Shown here in pieces: positions 47,412 through 56,441 of a DNA stretch of 64,000 bases (position 1 is its first letter; every line of letters begins with the position of its first letter). This stretch comes from an uncultured Gammaproteobacteria bacterium (GTDB lineage Bacteria > Patescibacteriota > Microgenomatia > UBA12405 > JAHJSD01). Below the pieces are notes generated by a model. The model saw only the letters and a list, made by a program, of their open reading frames with translations, was not told the origin of the DNA and ran no database searches. The stretch covers positions 376,406 through 440,405 of the forward strand of contig CAYRYE010000001.1 of assembly GCA_964428655.1 (NCBI GenBank), given 5' to 3'. The position numbers and the translations under genes were made by a program.

Positions 47412-48401
47412 GTTTTTTAAAATATTTTTGAAGATATATTTAATTGTATTTAGAGAGTATATCCAGAAGATGGAAAAACAAATTATCGGATGTAAAAACC
47501 AAGCTGGATCGGGGATTTTCACAAAACCTTTTAACGCCTCAATTATTGGCCCGATCCAAGTTAAGGCATAAATGGAATAGACAATAATTTTAATTTTGTC
47601 TTTTTGGGGATTGTAAATAAGATAGCGTCTTTGCAGTAGATCATGAAGATATAAATTGTTCATGTATTTTTGCCTTTTTTTTAAATATTTGAAGAAATTT
47701 TCTCCGCTGGCATGGATAATGTCATTTTTTACCACCACATATTTATTGTAACCTTTCTTTATCAAATCATAATTAACATCAATATGAAAAAAATGTTTTT
47801 TGTCAACATTAGCCCTCATAAGCAGATTTTTTTTAATTAGAAAGCCATTGGCTCCCACAGTGGAAAGATTCTCTTTGTCAAATTCAACCAAAAAGTATTC
47901 GCCTTTATCTGTTGCTTTTCCAGACAGAGTCCATTTTAAAGACAAATAAGACTGCCTATCAGCTTTGTTCAAAAAATAGGCAATTGGGTCATTAACACCG
48001 AAAAGAGAAAAATAACGATTTAGAATTTTATCCCTTTTCTGATAGGTGTATCGCCAGGGATAACAGCCAACTATATTAGTTTCTTTGTCAAGAAGGGAAA
48101 CCATTTTGGCCAGCCATTTTTTATTTGGCAGAATATTATCATCATCTATTTGAAGAATGAGTTCGTTTTTTGCCTGCCTTAGAGCAACCGCCTTGGCCGC
48201 CTCAGGACTACCGGTATTTTCAGGAATGATTTTAGTTTGATATTGTTTGGCAATTTCAATAGTTTTATCGGTTGAACCGCCATCAGCAATAATAATTTCA
48301 ATTTTATCTTGGTTATATTCTTGCTCTCGAACACTTTTAAGACACTTTTTCAAAGTTTTCTCACTATTAAGGGTGGCCATAATTACACTAATGCTTTTCA
48401 T
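47400..48401 (-). CDS. GT2 glycosyltransferase
   Basis: SVIMATLNS, ADGGSTD, IDDDN, GANGF; TATAAT 6 nt upstream. Confidence 0.9.
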   Translation of the reverse strand: MKSISVIMATLNSEKTLKKCLKSVREQEYNQDKIEIIIADGGSTDKTIEIAKQYQTKIIPENTGSPEAAKAVALRQAKNELILQIDDDNILPNKKWLAKMVSLLDKETNIVGCYPWRYTYQKRDKILNRYFSLFGVNDPIAYFLNKADRQSYLSLKWTLSGKATDKGEYFLVEFDKENLSTVGANGFLIKKNLLMRANVDKKHFFHIDVNYDLIKKGYNKYVVVKNDIIHASGENFFKYLKKRQKYMNNLYLHDLLQRRYLIYNPQKDKIKIIVYSIYALTWIGPIIEALKGFVKIPDPAWFLHPIICFSIFWIYSLNTIKYIFKNILKNLIY

Positions 48402-48420
48402 AGTTGTATTATAGTCAATT

Positions 48421-49059
48421 TTAATTCTCTCGAAAAAGATGAACTTCCCAAAAATTTGCCAACCCTTTTAAAAATCTAGGTACTTTTTCAAAATAGCAGT
48501 AAAGCCAGCCAGCGTGCAGGCCTATAACCACAGGAATGATTTTATACTGCTTGAACAAACTTTTTTTAAGAAGAATAATCAAATCTTCTTCTGTGTATTC
48601 TCTTACATGTCCGGATTTAAAATGGGGAAACTTTCTTTTTTTGCTAAAAAATTCAATTACCCTGCGTGTTAACCTTTTTCTATTCGGAGTGGTTATTAGG
48701 GCAGCCGCTCCAGGCCTTAAGACCTGATACAGTTCATCTAGGGCCTTTAAATCATCAGGAACGTGTTCTATGACATGACTGCTCACAGCTATGTCAATAC
48801 TCTTTGGTTTAATAAAATTGGTTAGATTTTGCCAGTCACCGGTAATGTATCTGACATTCTTAAAATTAGAGGGCGTTTTTTGGGGAAGCAGTTCAACGCC
48901 AATCAATTGATGACAGTGCTGGCTGAGTTGTTTTGTTTTTTCCAAGTTTGAGGCTCCAATTTCTAAAACAATAGAAGATTTCTTGACATACTTTTTGTAA
49001 GATTGGCATATTGAAATCCAATCATAAGTAATGTTTAACGAGGGAAAGCCTATTTTCAT
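48421..49059 (-). CDS. Class I SAM-dependent methyltransferase
   Basis: VLEIGA, SHVIEHV, LRPG...TPN, HVREYT; start placed at ATG 49059. Confidence 0.85.
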   Translation of the reverse strand: MKIGFPSLNITYDWISICQSYKKYVKKSSIVLEIGASNLEKTKQLSQHCHQLIGVELLPQKTPSNFKNVRYITGDWQNLTNFIKPKSIDIAVSSHVIEHVPDDLKALDELYQVLRPGAAALITTPNRKRLTRRVIEFFSKKRKFPHFKSGHVREYTEEDLIILLKKSLFKQYKIIPVVIGLHAGWLYCYFEKVPRFLKGLANFWEVHLFREN

Positions 49060-49126
49060 GAGCCTGCCAAAGTATAACAAATAAACAGTCCGGAGCTGTT
49101 TGCCCTGGTATACTAATTAAAGAAAT

Positions 49127-50584
49127 ATGAAAATTGTTATTGCTTATCCCCCACTTGAATCAAAAAAAGGGATTCCATTTTTAGCCCAGAATCGGCAGTT
49201 TCAATGGGGGCATAGCCCATGGACTGCTTATCCAATGGTGCCGGCCTATGCGGCGGCAATGTTAAAACAAGCTGGACATCAGGTTTTTTGGTTGGACGGA
49301 ATTACCGAGGGGTGGTCTTATCAAAAATGGCTGAATGAAGTCAAAAAAATAGAACCGGATTTAATTGTTATAGAAACCAAGACCCCAGTAGTCAAACAAC
49401 ACTGGAAGATTATTAATCATCTTAAGTCACTGTCGACCGTTCTCGTTGGCGACCACGTCACCGCTTTACCTGGAGAATCATTCGAAAACTCTAAAGTTGA
49501 TTATGTTTTAACTGGCGGCGATTATGATTTTTTACTTCTTAATTTGGTTGAGCATTTAGCCAAAGGTGAGAAACTTGAACCTGGAATTTGGTATAGGGGA
49601 AAAATACGAGATACGAAATACGAGATACGAGATACCGGCCCTTTCAAGCTAAATCATGATTTAGATACTCTTCCCCTTATTGATCGTGATTTAACCAAAT
49701 GGAAGCTCTACGCTTATAAAAACAGCAATTATTGTCGAACGCCGGGAACATACACTATGTTTGGCCGAGATTGTTGGTGGGGGAAGTGTTTTTTTTGCTC
49801 CTGGACTACCTTATATCCAGGAGAAAATTATCGAACAATAAGCCCCAAGCGAGCCTTGGATGAGGTAGGTCATATTTTAGAGAATTATCCGATTAAGGAA
49901 ATCATGGATGATTCCGGCACTTTTCCTACTGGAGATTGGTTGAAAGAGTTTTGCCGAGGAATGATTAAAAGAGGTTATAATAAAAGAGTAAGAATTAGCT
50001 GTAATATGCGTTTTAATGCAGGTTTAAATAAAAAGGATTATCAATTAATGGGTAAAGCAGGATTTAGATTTCTTCTTTATGGATTAGAGTCAACTAATCA
50101 GAAAACTTTGGATAAAATTAATAAAAACATGAAAATAGAAGAAGTGGAAAAAGTTTTGGGTTGGGCCAAAGGAGCCAAACTTAATCCTCATTTAACCGTT
50201 ATGATTGGTTATCCTTGGGAAACAAAGAGAGAGATTAAGAAAACCTTAGATTTCACTAGAGATCTTTTCAAAAAAGGCCTAGCAGACACTCTCCAAGCAA
50301 CAATTGTTATTCCCTATCCGGGAACACCGCTTTTCGCTGAAGCAAAAAGAAAAGGTTGGTTGAAAACTTTAAATTGGGATCAATATGACATGCGGGAGCC
50401 GATTTTAAAAACAGAAATGAGAGGTGGGGAGATAAAAGCATTAATTCAAGATTTTTACAAATCTGTTTTCACGCCCCAATTTATTTTAAGAAAAGCAAGA
50501 GAAGCCTTTTCTAACTGGGATGTTTTTAGATATTATCTTAGATTGGGTTTGAAATTTCCCAACAAGCTCTTAGATTTTGTATAA
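49127..50584 (+). CDS. Cobalamin-binding radical SAM protein
   Basis: N-terminal B12-binding-like domain (VGDHVTALP), CWWGKCFFC, GLES, PYPGTPL. Confidence 0.85.
   Translation: MKIVIAYPPLESKKGIPFLAQNRQFQWGHSPWTAYPMVPAYAAAMLKQAGHQVFWLDGITEGWSYQKWLNEVKKIEPDLIVIETKTPVVKQHWKIINHLKSLSTVLVGDHVTALPGESFENSKVDYVLTGGDYDFLLLNLVEHLAKGEKLEPGIWYRGKIRDTKYEIRDTGPFKLNHDLDTLPLIDRDLTKWKLYAYKNSNYCRTPGTYTMFGRDCWWGKCFFCSWTTLYPGENYRTISPKRALDEVGHILENYPIKEIMDDSGTFPTGDWLKEFCRGMIKRGYNKRVRISCNMRFNAGLNKKDYQLMGKAGFRFLLYGLESTNQKTLDKINKNMKIEEVEKVLGWAKGAKLNPHLTVMIGYPWETKREIKKTLDFTRDLFKKGLADTLQATIVIPYPGTPLFAEAKRKGWLKTLNWDQYDMREPILKTEMRGGEIKALIQDFYKSVFTPQFILRKAREAFSNWDVFRYYLRLGLKFPNKLLDFV
49602..49636 (+). repeat. 7-nt tandem array, in frame
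   Basis: aaatacg agatacg aaatacg agatacg agatacc (KIRDTKYEIRDT). Confidence 0.85.
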
Positions 50585-50602
50585 TAAGCAAAAAGAGAGA
50601 CA

Positions 50603-51157
50603 ATGACCAAAAAAAAGAAAAATAAAAGTAGGCCGTTTATTTTGTTTATTACTGGAATCAGTGGTTCGGGAAAAACAACTGTTTTTGAGAAATTTTCGAA
50701 AGATTTAAGTTTAAAGGCTTCTTCGATTGAATTTCGAGAAATTGATGAAAAAAAAGTTCCCCCTGTGGGAAGAAGCCATTGGCGTCAATATCGAGTTGAG
50801 GAGCTTCTTTATCAGGCAATTAAAAACTTAAAGAAAGGAAAATCTACTGTTATTTGTGGTATTACTTTGCCTCAAGAAATTATTAATTCAAGATTGTATA
50901 AACCTTCTTTTAATATTCATTTTCTCTTACTCGACATTCCTATTTCCCTTTTTTCTAAAAGAGTGAAAGAGAGAATTAAAAAAACTAAAGAAGAGAAAAA
51001 TTGGGAAGAGTTAAAATATTCCACAAAAAAACTTTCTACTAGATTAAAAAATCAAGTGGTTAGTTATAAAAATGGTTTAGTGTTGGATGTAGGCAAAAAA
51101 AATGTTGATGAGATTTTCAAAGATGTTTTTTCTTTGATGAGAAAGTTACAGAAATAA
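50603..51157 (+). CDS. P-loop small-molecule kinase-like (AAA_33 type) protein
   Basis: ITGISGSGKTT Walker A; 184 aa nucleotide-kinase-like layout. Confidence 0.7.
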   Translation: MTKKKKNKSRPFILFITGISGSGKTTVFEKFSKDLSLKASSIEFREIDEKKVPPVGRSHWRQYRVEELLYQAIKNLKKGKSTVICGITLPQEIINSRLYKPSFNIHFLLLDIPISLFSKRVKERIKKTKEEKNWEELKYSTKKLSTRLKNQVVSYKNGLVLDVGKKNVDEIFKDVFSLMRKLQK

Positions 51158-51176
51158 ATTATAATCAGAAAGTCGA

Positions 51177-51947
51177 ATGAAACAAAATTACCGAGATTTG
51201 CTTTTCAACCTGGTTAAGCGCGAGATTGCTGGGAGGTATAAACAATCAATTCTGGGCTACTTCTGGGTGGTTTTAAACCCCTTTTTCCAGATGCTGGTAA
51301 TGACATTAGTCTTTTCAAAAATCATGCGAATTTCGATTCCTGGTGTGCCTTATTTTCTGTTTTTATATGTGGGTCTCTTGCCTTGGACTTTTTTTGTTAA
51401 TTCTGTTAATTCGGCAATGGGAAATCTGGTCGGCATGGGTTCTTTAATAAAAAAGGTTTATTTTCCCAGGGAGATTATTGTTTTGGCAGCTGTTTTAGCA
51501 AAAGTGGTAGATCTTATTTTGGCCTCTCTGATTTTTGTCTTGTTTATGATTATTTTTCGCCAATCAACTAATTTGGCTTTAGATTTAGCAGTTGTTCCTA
51601 TGATTTTTCTTATCCAGTTTATTTTTTCTTTCGGCATTGGCCTTTTTGTTTCTGCTTTAAACCTTTTTTATCGCGATGTTCAGTATTTGATGAGTTTAAT
51701 TTTAATGCTTTGGTTTTATTTAACGCCAGTGGTTTATCCAATTGAAATGGTCCCCGAGAAACTGCGGATTGTCTTTTCACTTAATCCTATGTCGGTTTTA
51801 ACCAATGCTTATCGACGGGTAATTCTAGGCGGTTCTTTGCCAAATTTAGCCCATTTGACAGTCGCCTTGTTAGTTTCGTTAATTATCTTGGTAATTGGCT
51901 GGAGAGTATTTAAAAAACTAGAAGGCCGCTTTGCAGATGTTGTCTAA
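51177..51947 (+). CDS. wzm: ABC-2 polysaccharide export permease
   Basis: RYKQSILGYFW..LNP, IKKVYFPRE, YRDVQY, TPVVYP, LNPM. Confidence 0.92.
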   Translation: MKQNYRDLLFNLVKREIAGRYKQSILGYFWVVLNPFFQMLVMTLVFSKIMRISIPGVPYFLFLYVGLLPWTFFVNSVNSAMGNLVGMGSLIKKVYFPREIIVLAAVLAKVVDLILASLIFVLFMIIFRQSTNLALDLAVVPMIFLIQFIFSFGIGLFVSALNLFYRDVQYLMSLILMLWFYLTPVVYPIEMVPEKLRIVFSLNPMSVLTNAYRRVILGGSLPNLAHLTVALLVSLIILVIGWRVFKKLEGRFADVV

Positions 51948-51951
51948 AAAA

Positions 51952-53391
51952 ATGAAAAATAACATTGCCATTAAATTTGATTCTGTTTCTAAACTCTATT
52001 ATCTCCAGTCCCATCGGACTTTAAAAGAGTTTCTGCCGGCATTTTTAAAAAAGAAAGCACCAAAGACTCTCCGACGAGTGGCCCGTCAGTTTTATGCCCT
52101 AAAAAACATTTCTTTTAAAATTAAAAAGGGCGAGACAGTCGGCATCATTGGTCCTAACGGAGCCGGCAAGTCAACTATTCTCAAATTGATCGCCGGCGTC
52201 ACCAAGCCAACCAGAGGAAAAATAACTGTCAACGGCCAGGTTTCACCTTTAATCGAATTAGGAGCCGGTTTTCATCCTGATTTAACCGGTCGGGAAAACA
52301 TTTATCTTAACGGTTCCATTTTGGGTCTGACTAAAAAGAAAATTGACAAAAAATTCAAAGAAATCGTTGATTTTGCCGAACTCTGGGACTTTATTGACCA
52401 ACCAGTCAAACACTATTCTTCAGGTATGTATGCTCGTTTAGGCTTTTCAATTGCCATTAGTGTTGAGCCGGAAATTCTTTTAATTGATGAAATTTTAGCT
52501 GTTGGCGATGCTGCTTTTCAAGAAAAATGTTTTGCCAAGATGGAGGAATTTAAAAAGAGTGGAGTGACGATTATTTATGTTTCCCATTCCCTTCCCAGTG
52601 TGGCCAAATTTTGTAATCATTGTCTCTATTTAGATAAATCCAAGTTGATTTCTGAAGGTAATCCCCAAGAAATAATAGAAAATTATTTAAGAACTGAAAA
52701 AAAAGTCAGCAGTCAACAGTATCACCAAACCCCAGAAAAAAGTTCAATTGAGGCGATTGATCCAAGCTGGTACAAAAATTTTGTTGGCGGCATGTGGGAG
52801 GAAATAGGTAAGTTACAGTTTGATTTTTTAATTAAACAAGGCTTAAAACCTGAAAATAAGTTATTAGATCTTGGTTGCGGCAGCTTGAGAGGGGGAATTC
52901 ATTTTATTAAATATCTTAAAAAAGGAAATTATTTTGGGATTGACGTTAGAAAAGATATTTTAATTGCCGCTGAAAAAGAAATTAAAATTAATAAACTATC
53001 AAACAAGAATCCTCAATTATTTCAAATAACTGATAATAAATATGATGATCATTTAAAAGAAAAATTTGATTTTATTTTGGCTGTTTCCGTTTTTACCCAT
53101 TTAAATTTAAATGAAGTTGCTATTTGTTTATATGAAGCAAAAAAAATTCTTAAAAAGAAAGGCAATTTTTTTGCCACTTATTTTGAATCAGAAAAATGTG
53201 TTTTTGATACTAATGGTTTTCTTCAAGTAGAGAAGCCGGATAAGGTTATTACCCTTTTTCACAAGGATCCTTACCATTATTGCTTTTCTCTAATAAAAGA
53301 AGTGGCTAAATTAATTGGATTAAAGGCAAAAGTTATCAAGAATTGGAAACATCCTCGAAATCAAAAAATGTTAGTTTTTAGACATCAGTAA
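51952..53391 (+). CDS. wzt: Polysaccharide export ABC ATPase fused to C-terminal SAM methyltransferase
   Basis: GPNGAGKST, YSSGMYARLGFS, LIDE, VSH; then LLDLGCGSLRGG, SVFTHL. Confidence 0.88.
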   Translation: MKNNIAIKFDSVSKLYYLQSHRTLKEFLPAFLKKKAPKTLRRVARQFYALKNISFKIKKGETVGIIGPNGAGKSTILKLIAGVTKPTRGKITVNGQVSPLIELGAGFHPDLTGRENIYLNGSILGLTKKKIDKKFKEIVDFAELWDFIDQPVKHYSSGMYARLGFSIAISVEPEILLIDEILAVGDAAFQEKCFAKMEEFKKSGVTIIYVSHSLPSVAKFCNHCLYLDKSKLISEGNPQEIIENYLRTEKKVSSQQYHQTPEKSSIEAIDPSWYKNFVGGMWEEIGKLQFDFLIKQGLKPENKLLDLGCGSLRGGIHFIKYLKKGNYFGIDVRKDILIAAEKEIKINKLSNKNPQLFQITDNKYDDHLKEKFDFILAVSVFTHLNLNEVAICLYEAKKILKKKGNFFATYFESEKCVFDTNGFLQVEKPDKVITLFHKDPYHYCFSLIKEVAKLIGLKAKVIKNWKHPRNQKMLVFRHQ

Positions 53392-53393
53392 AT

Positions 53394-56300
53394 ATGGCTA
53401 AGGGTAAAAGAAAGACCATTTGTATTTTAGGAATGCATCGGGCAGGCACTTCCCTTTTAACTAGAATTTTAAATATTTCTGGAATGGCGATTGGAGAAAA
53501 AGAGGAAATAATTGGTGTCAGGAAGGGTAATCCCACCGGTCATTGGGAAAATAAAGCCTTTGTTGAGATTAATAATCAGATTATTTCAATATTTAAGAAA
53601 AATGCTGATTGGCATGAAATTCCTGATTATCCCACTAATTGGTTAAAAAATCCCAAGGTAGTATCACTGGAAAGAAAAGCAAAAGAGCTAGTGAAAAAAA
53701 TGAATGCAAGATATAAAATTTGGGGGTGGAAAGACCCCCGAACTTGTGTTACTTTGCCTTTTTGGCAAAAGATAATTGGGGACGAATTGGTCTATGTGGT
53801 TATTTTTAGGAATCCTCTTGATGTCGCCAAATCATTAAAAAAAGTTCACAATCTTCCCCATGATAAAAGCATTTTGCTTTGGGCAAGATATTATCTTACT
53901 GTTTTAGATAGTCTTAGAGGCAAGAAGTTTTCTTTTATTCATTCTGAAAAATTATTATCAAATTGGGAAAAAGAAATTAAAAAAATATTGAAACATATAA
54001 ATTCTTCTTATCTCAAAATTAATGATCAGAAAAGAGAAGAGGTTAACAATTTTATCAGGCCTAGCATTTGGCATTTTAGTACCAAGACTAAAAATAGTTT
54101 TTTTGGCTTGGCAGATAATTTGCGATTGGCCTTGCTTGATTACTTATATCTTTCTACTAATAAAGTTAAAACAATTTTAAAAAAGGATCTTACTAATTTG
54201 GGCCATCAGTTAGCCAATAAAACCAACCAGGCAAATGCCCTTGTTGGAGAATTAACGAAAAAAGATGAACAATTGATAGTTAAAGATAACCAATTAAGTG
54301 ACTTTTCTAAACAATTAAGAGATACTACTGAGGAGTTGGAAGTGACTAAAAATGAACTTGTCGAGGCTGAGGAAAAGTTAGGAAAAACAGGTAAAGAAAT
54401 ATATGACGCTATAATTAAGCAGGAACAAAAAATAAAACAGCTTCGGTTAAAAGCAAGAGAGATCAATAAATCTCTTAAAAAGAAAAAGATGGTTATCAAA
54501 GAAAAAAACAAAAAAGTGGCTGATCTAAGTCTCCACTCTCAAAATCTGGGGAAAATTCTTGCCAATATTGTTTCGGCAAAAACTTTTAAGGCCTGGCAAA
54601 CATACGTGAAGATTAGACGAAAACCGACGCTTTTGATTGAAGCTGGGAAAACTTTATTAAAAAAAGGTCCAGGAGGTTTAAAGCAAAGGTTGACAAATGT
54701 TCAACAAAAGGAAGAAAGAATAGCCGCTCTTAATCAACAATATCATGTTTGGTTGAGAAAAAATACTCCCACAAAAAAGGAATTAAGAGGTCAAAAAAGA
54801 AAACAAAAAAAATTTGAATATAGGCCCAAAATCAGCATTATTACTCCAGTTTACAACACTGATAAAAAGTGGCTGCGAGCCTGTATTGAATCGGTCTTAG
54901 TTCAAACATACGACAATTGGGAGTTATGCATAGCTGACGACGCCTCAACAAAGCCCTATATTAAAAAAATCTTGAAAGAATATGAAAAGAAAGACAAGAG
55001 AATAAATGTTGTTTATCGTCGAAGAAATGGCCATATTTCTCGAGCCTCAAATTCAGCTCTGAGACAAGCAGTGGGAAAGTTTATCGCCCTTTTAGATCAT
55101 GATGATAAGCTAGTGCCTCATGCCCTGTATAGAGTGGTTGAATTTTTGAATAAAAAAAGAAAGGCTGATTTTGTTTACTCTGATGAGGACAAATTAGATT
55201 TAAATGGCAACCGGGTTAAACCATTTTTTAAGCCAGACTGGTCACCTGATATGTTTTTATCAGCCAATTATTTGTGTCATTTAAGTGTAATTAGAAAAAA
55301 ATTAGTTGATAAAGTTGGTGGTTTTAAACCAGGCTATGAGGGTTCTCAGGATTATGATTTGTTTTTAAGAATTACTGAAAAGACAGACAAGATTTATCAC
55401 ATCCCTGATGTTCTTTATTCTTGGAGAGAGGCGTCTGGATCTACGGCGGCAGTTTATGAAGTCAAGGGTTATGCTGATGCGGCCGCAGCTAAAGCCTTAA
55501 AAAGTAGTATTAAAAGAAAAAAATTAAAAGCAGAAGTGGAACAAGGTTTGATTCCCGGAACATTTAGAGTTAAATACAAGATTAAAAAGAAACCTTTGGT
55601 TAGTATTATTATTCCTACCAAAGACATTGTTAATTATCTTAAAAGGTGTGTTGAATCTATTTTGAAAAAAACAGATTATGATAATTATGAAATTATTATT
55701 GTTGATACTGGAAGCAAAGAAAAGAAAACCTTTAGGTATTATGAGAAATTAAAAAAAAATCCAAGGATTAAGTTTTTGCAATGGGATAAACCTTTTAATT
55801 TTGCTTCAGTTAATAATTTTGCTGTTAAGAATACCCAAGGGAAATATGTTCTTCTTCTTAATAATGATATAGAAGTCGTCTCTTATGATTGGATAAAGTC
55901 AATGCTTGAGCATGCCCAGAGAGCTGAGGTGGGAGCGGTAGGGGCGAAATTATTATACCCTGATGGAAAAATTCAACATGCCGGGATAATTTTAGGGATT
56001 CGTGGCGGACCAATTAAGAAGGGGATAGCTGGTCATGCCCAAAAGATGTTTATAGATGAACCTTCGGGATTACCCCTATGGAACTCAAAAGATATGATAA
56101 GGAATTTTTCAGCAGTAACAGCCGCCTGTCTTATGATTGAAAGAAGTAAATATTTAGAAGTCAAAGGGATGAATGAAAAACTAGAAATTGCCTTTAATGA
56201 TGTTGATTTTTGCCTTAAACTGCAAAAAAAGGGGTATCTCAATGTTTATACCCCTTATGGCGGACTTTATCATTACGAGTCAGTTTCTGTTGGTCGTCCA

Positions 56301-56441
56301 AGTCAAGGGACAAGAGATATTGCCGAATTCCAAAAAGAGATTAACATAATGCACCGAAAATGGGGGCACCTTTTACAAAATGATCCTTACTATAATTCAA
56401 ACCTGACTTTAGACAGGGAAGATTTCAGTTTGGGAGTATGA
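53394..56441 (+). CDS. Sulfotransferase-family domain + coiled coil + tandem GT2 domains
   Basis: GMHRAGTS, WKDPR, RNPLDVA; heptad E/K-rich stretch in roughly residues 265-390; ADDAST/LDHDD/GSQDYD and IIIPTKD/LLNND/FNDVDFC GT2 modules. Confidence 0.85.
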   Translation: MAKGKRKTICILGMHRAGTSLLTRILNISGMAIGEKEEIIGVRKGNPTGHWENKAFVEINNQIISIFKKNADWHEIPDYPTNWLKNPKVVSLERKAKELVKKMNARYKIWGWKDPRTCVTLPFWQKIIGDELVYVVIFRNPLDVAKSLKKVHNLPHDKSILLWARYYLTVLDSLRGKKFSFIHSEKLLSNWEKEIKKILKHINSSYLKINDQKREEVNNFIRPSIWHFSTKTKNSFFGLADNLRLALLDYLYLSTNKVKTILKKDLTNLGHQLANKTNQANALVGELTKKDEQLIVKDNQLSDFSKQLRDTTEELEVTKNELVEAEEKLGKTGKEIYDAIIKQEQKIKQLRLKAREINKSLKKKKMVIKEKNKKVADLSLHSQNLGKILANIVSAKTFKAWQTYVKIRRKPTLLIEAGKTLLKKGPGGLKQRLTNVQQKEERIAALNQQYHVWLRKNTPTKKELRGQKRKQKKFEYRPKISIITPVYNTDKKWLRACIESVLVQTYDNWELCIADDASTKPYIKKILKEYEKKDKRINVVYRRRNGHISRASNSALRQAVGKFIALLDHDDKLVPHALYRVVEFLNKKRKADFVYSDEDKLDLNGNRVKPFFKPDWSPDMFLSANYLCHLSVIRKKLVDKVGGFKPGYEGSQDYDLFLRITEKTDKIYHIPDVLYSWREASGSTAAVYEVKGYADAAAAKALKSSIKRKKLKAEVEQGLIPGTFRVKYKIKKKPLVSIIIPTKDIVNYLKRCVESILKKTDYDNYEIIIVDTGSKEKKTFRYYEKLKKNPRIKFLQWDKPFNFASVNNFAVKNTQGKYVLLLNNDIEVVSYDWIKSMLEHAQRAEVGAVGAKLLYPDGKIQHAGIILGIRGGPIKKGIAGHAQKMFIDEPSGLPLWNSKDMIRNFSAVTAACLMIERSKYLEVKGMNEKLEIAFNDVDFCLKLQKKGYLNVYTPYGGLYHYESVSVGRPSQGTRDIAEFQKEINIMHRKWGHLLQNDPYYNSNLTLDREDFSLGV

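Noticed and set aside
46386-50584. RiPP cluster linking the radical SAM/SPASM and B12 radical SAM enzymes to the Cys-rich microproteins
   Set aside because: The enzymes are 20 kb or more from the peptides, sit among GTs and methyltransferases, and no RRE, peptidase or peptide exporter is seen; sugar modification is more parsimonious
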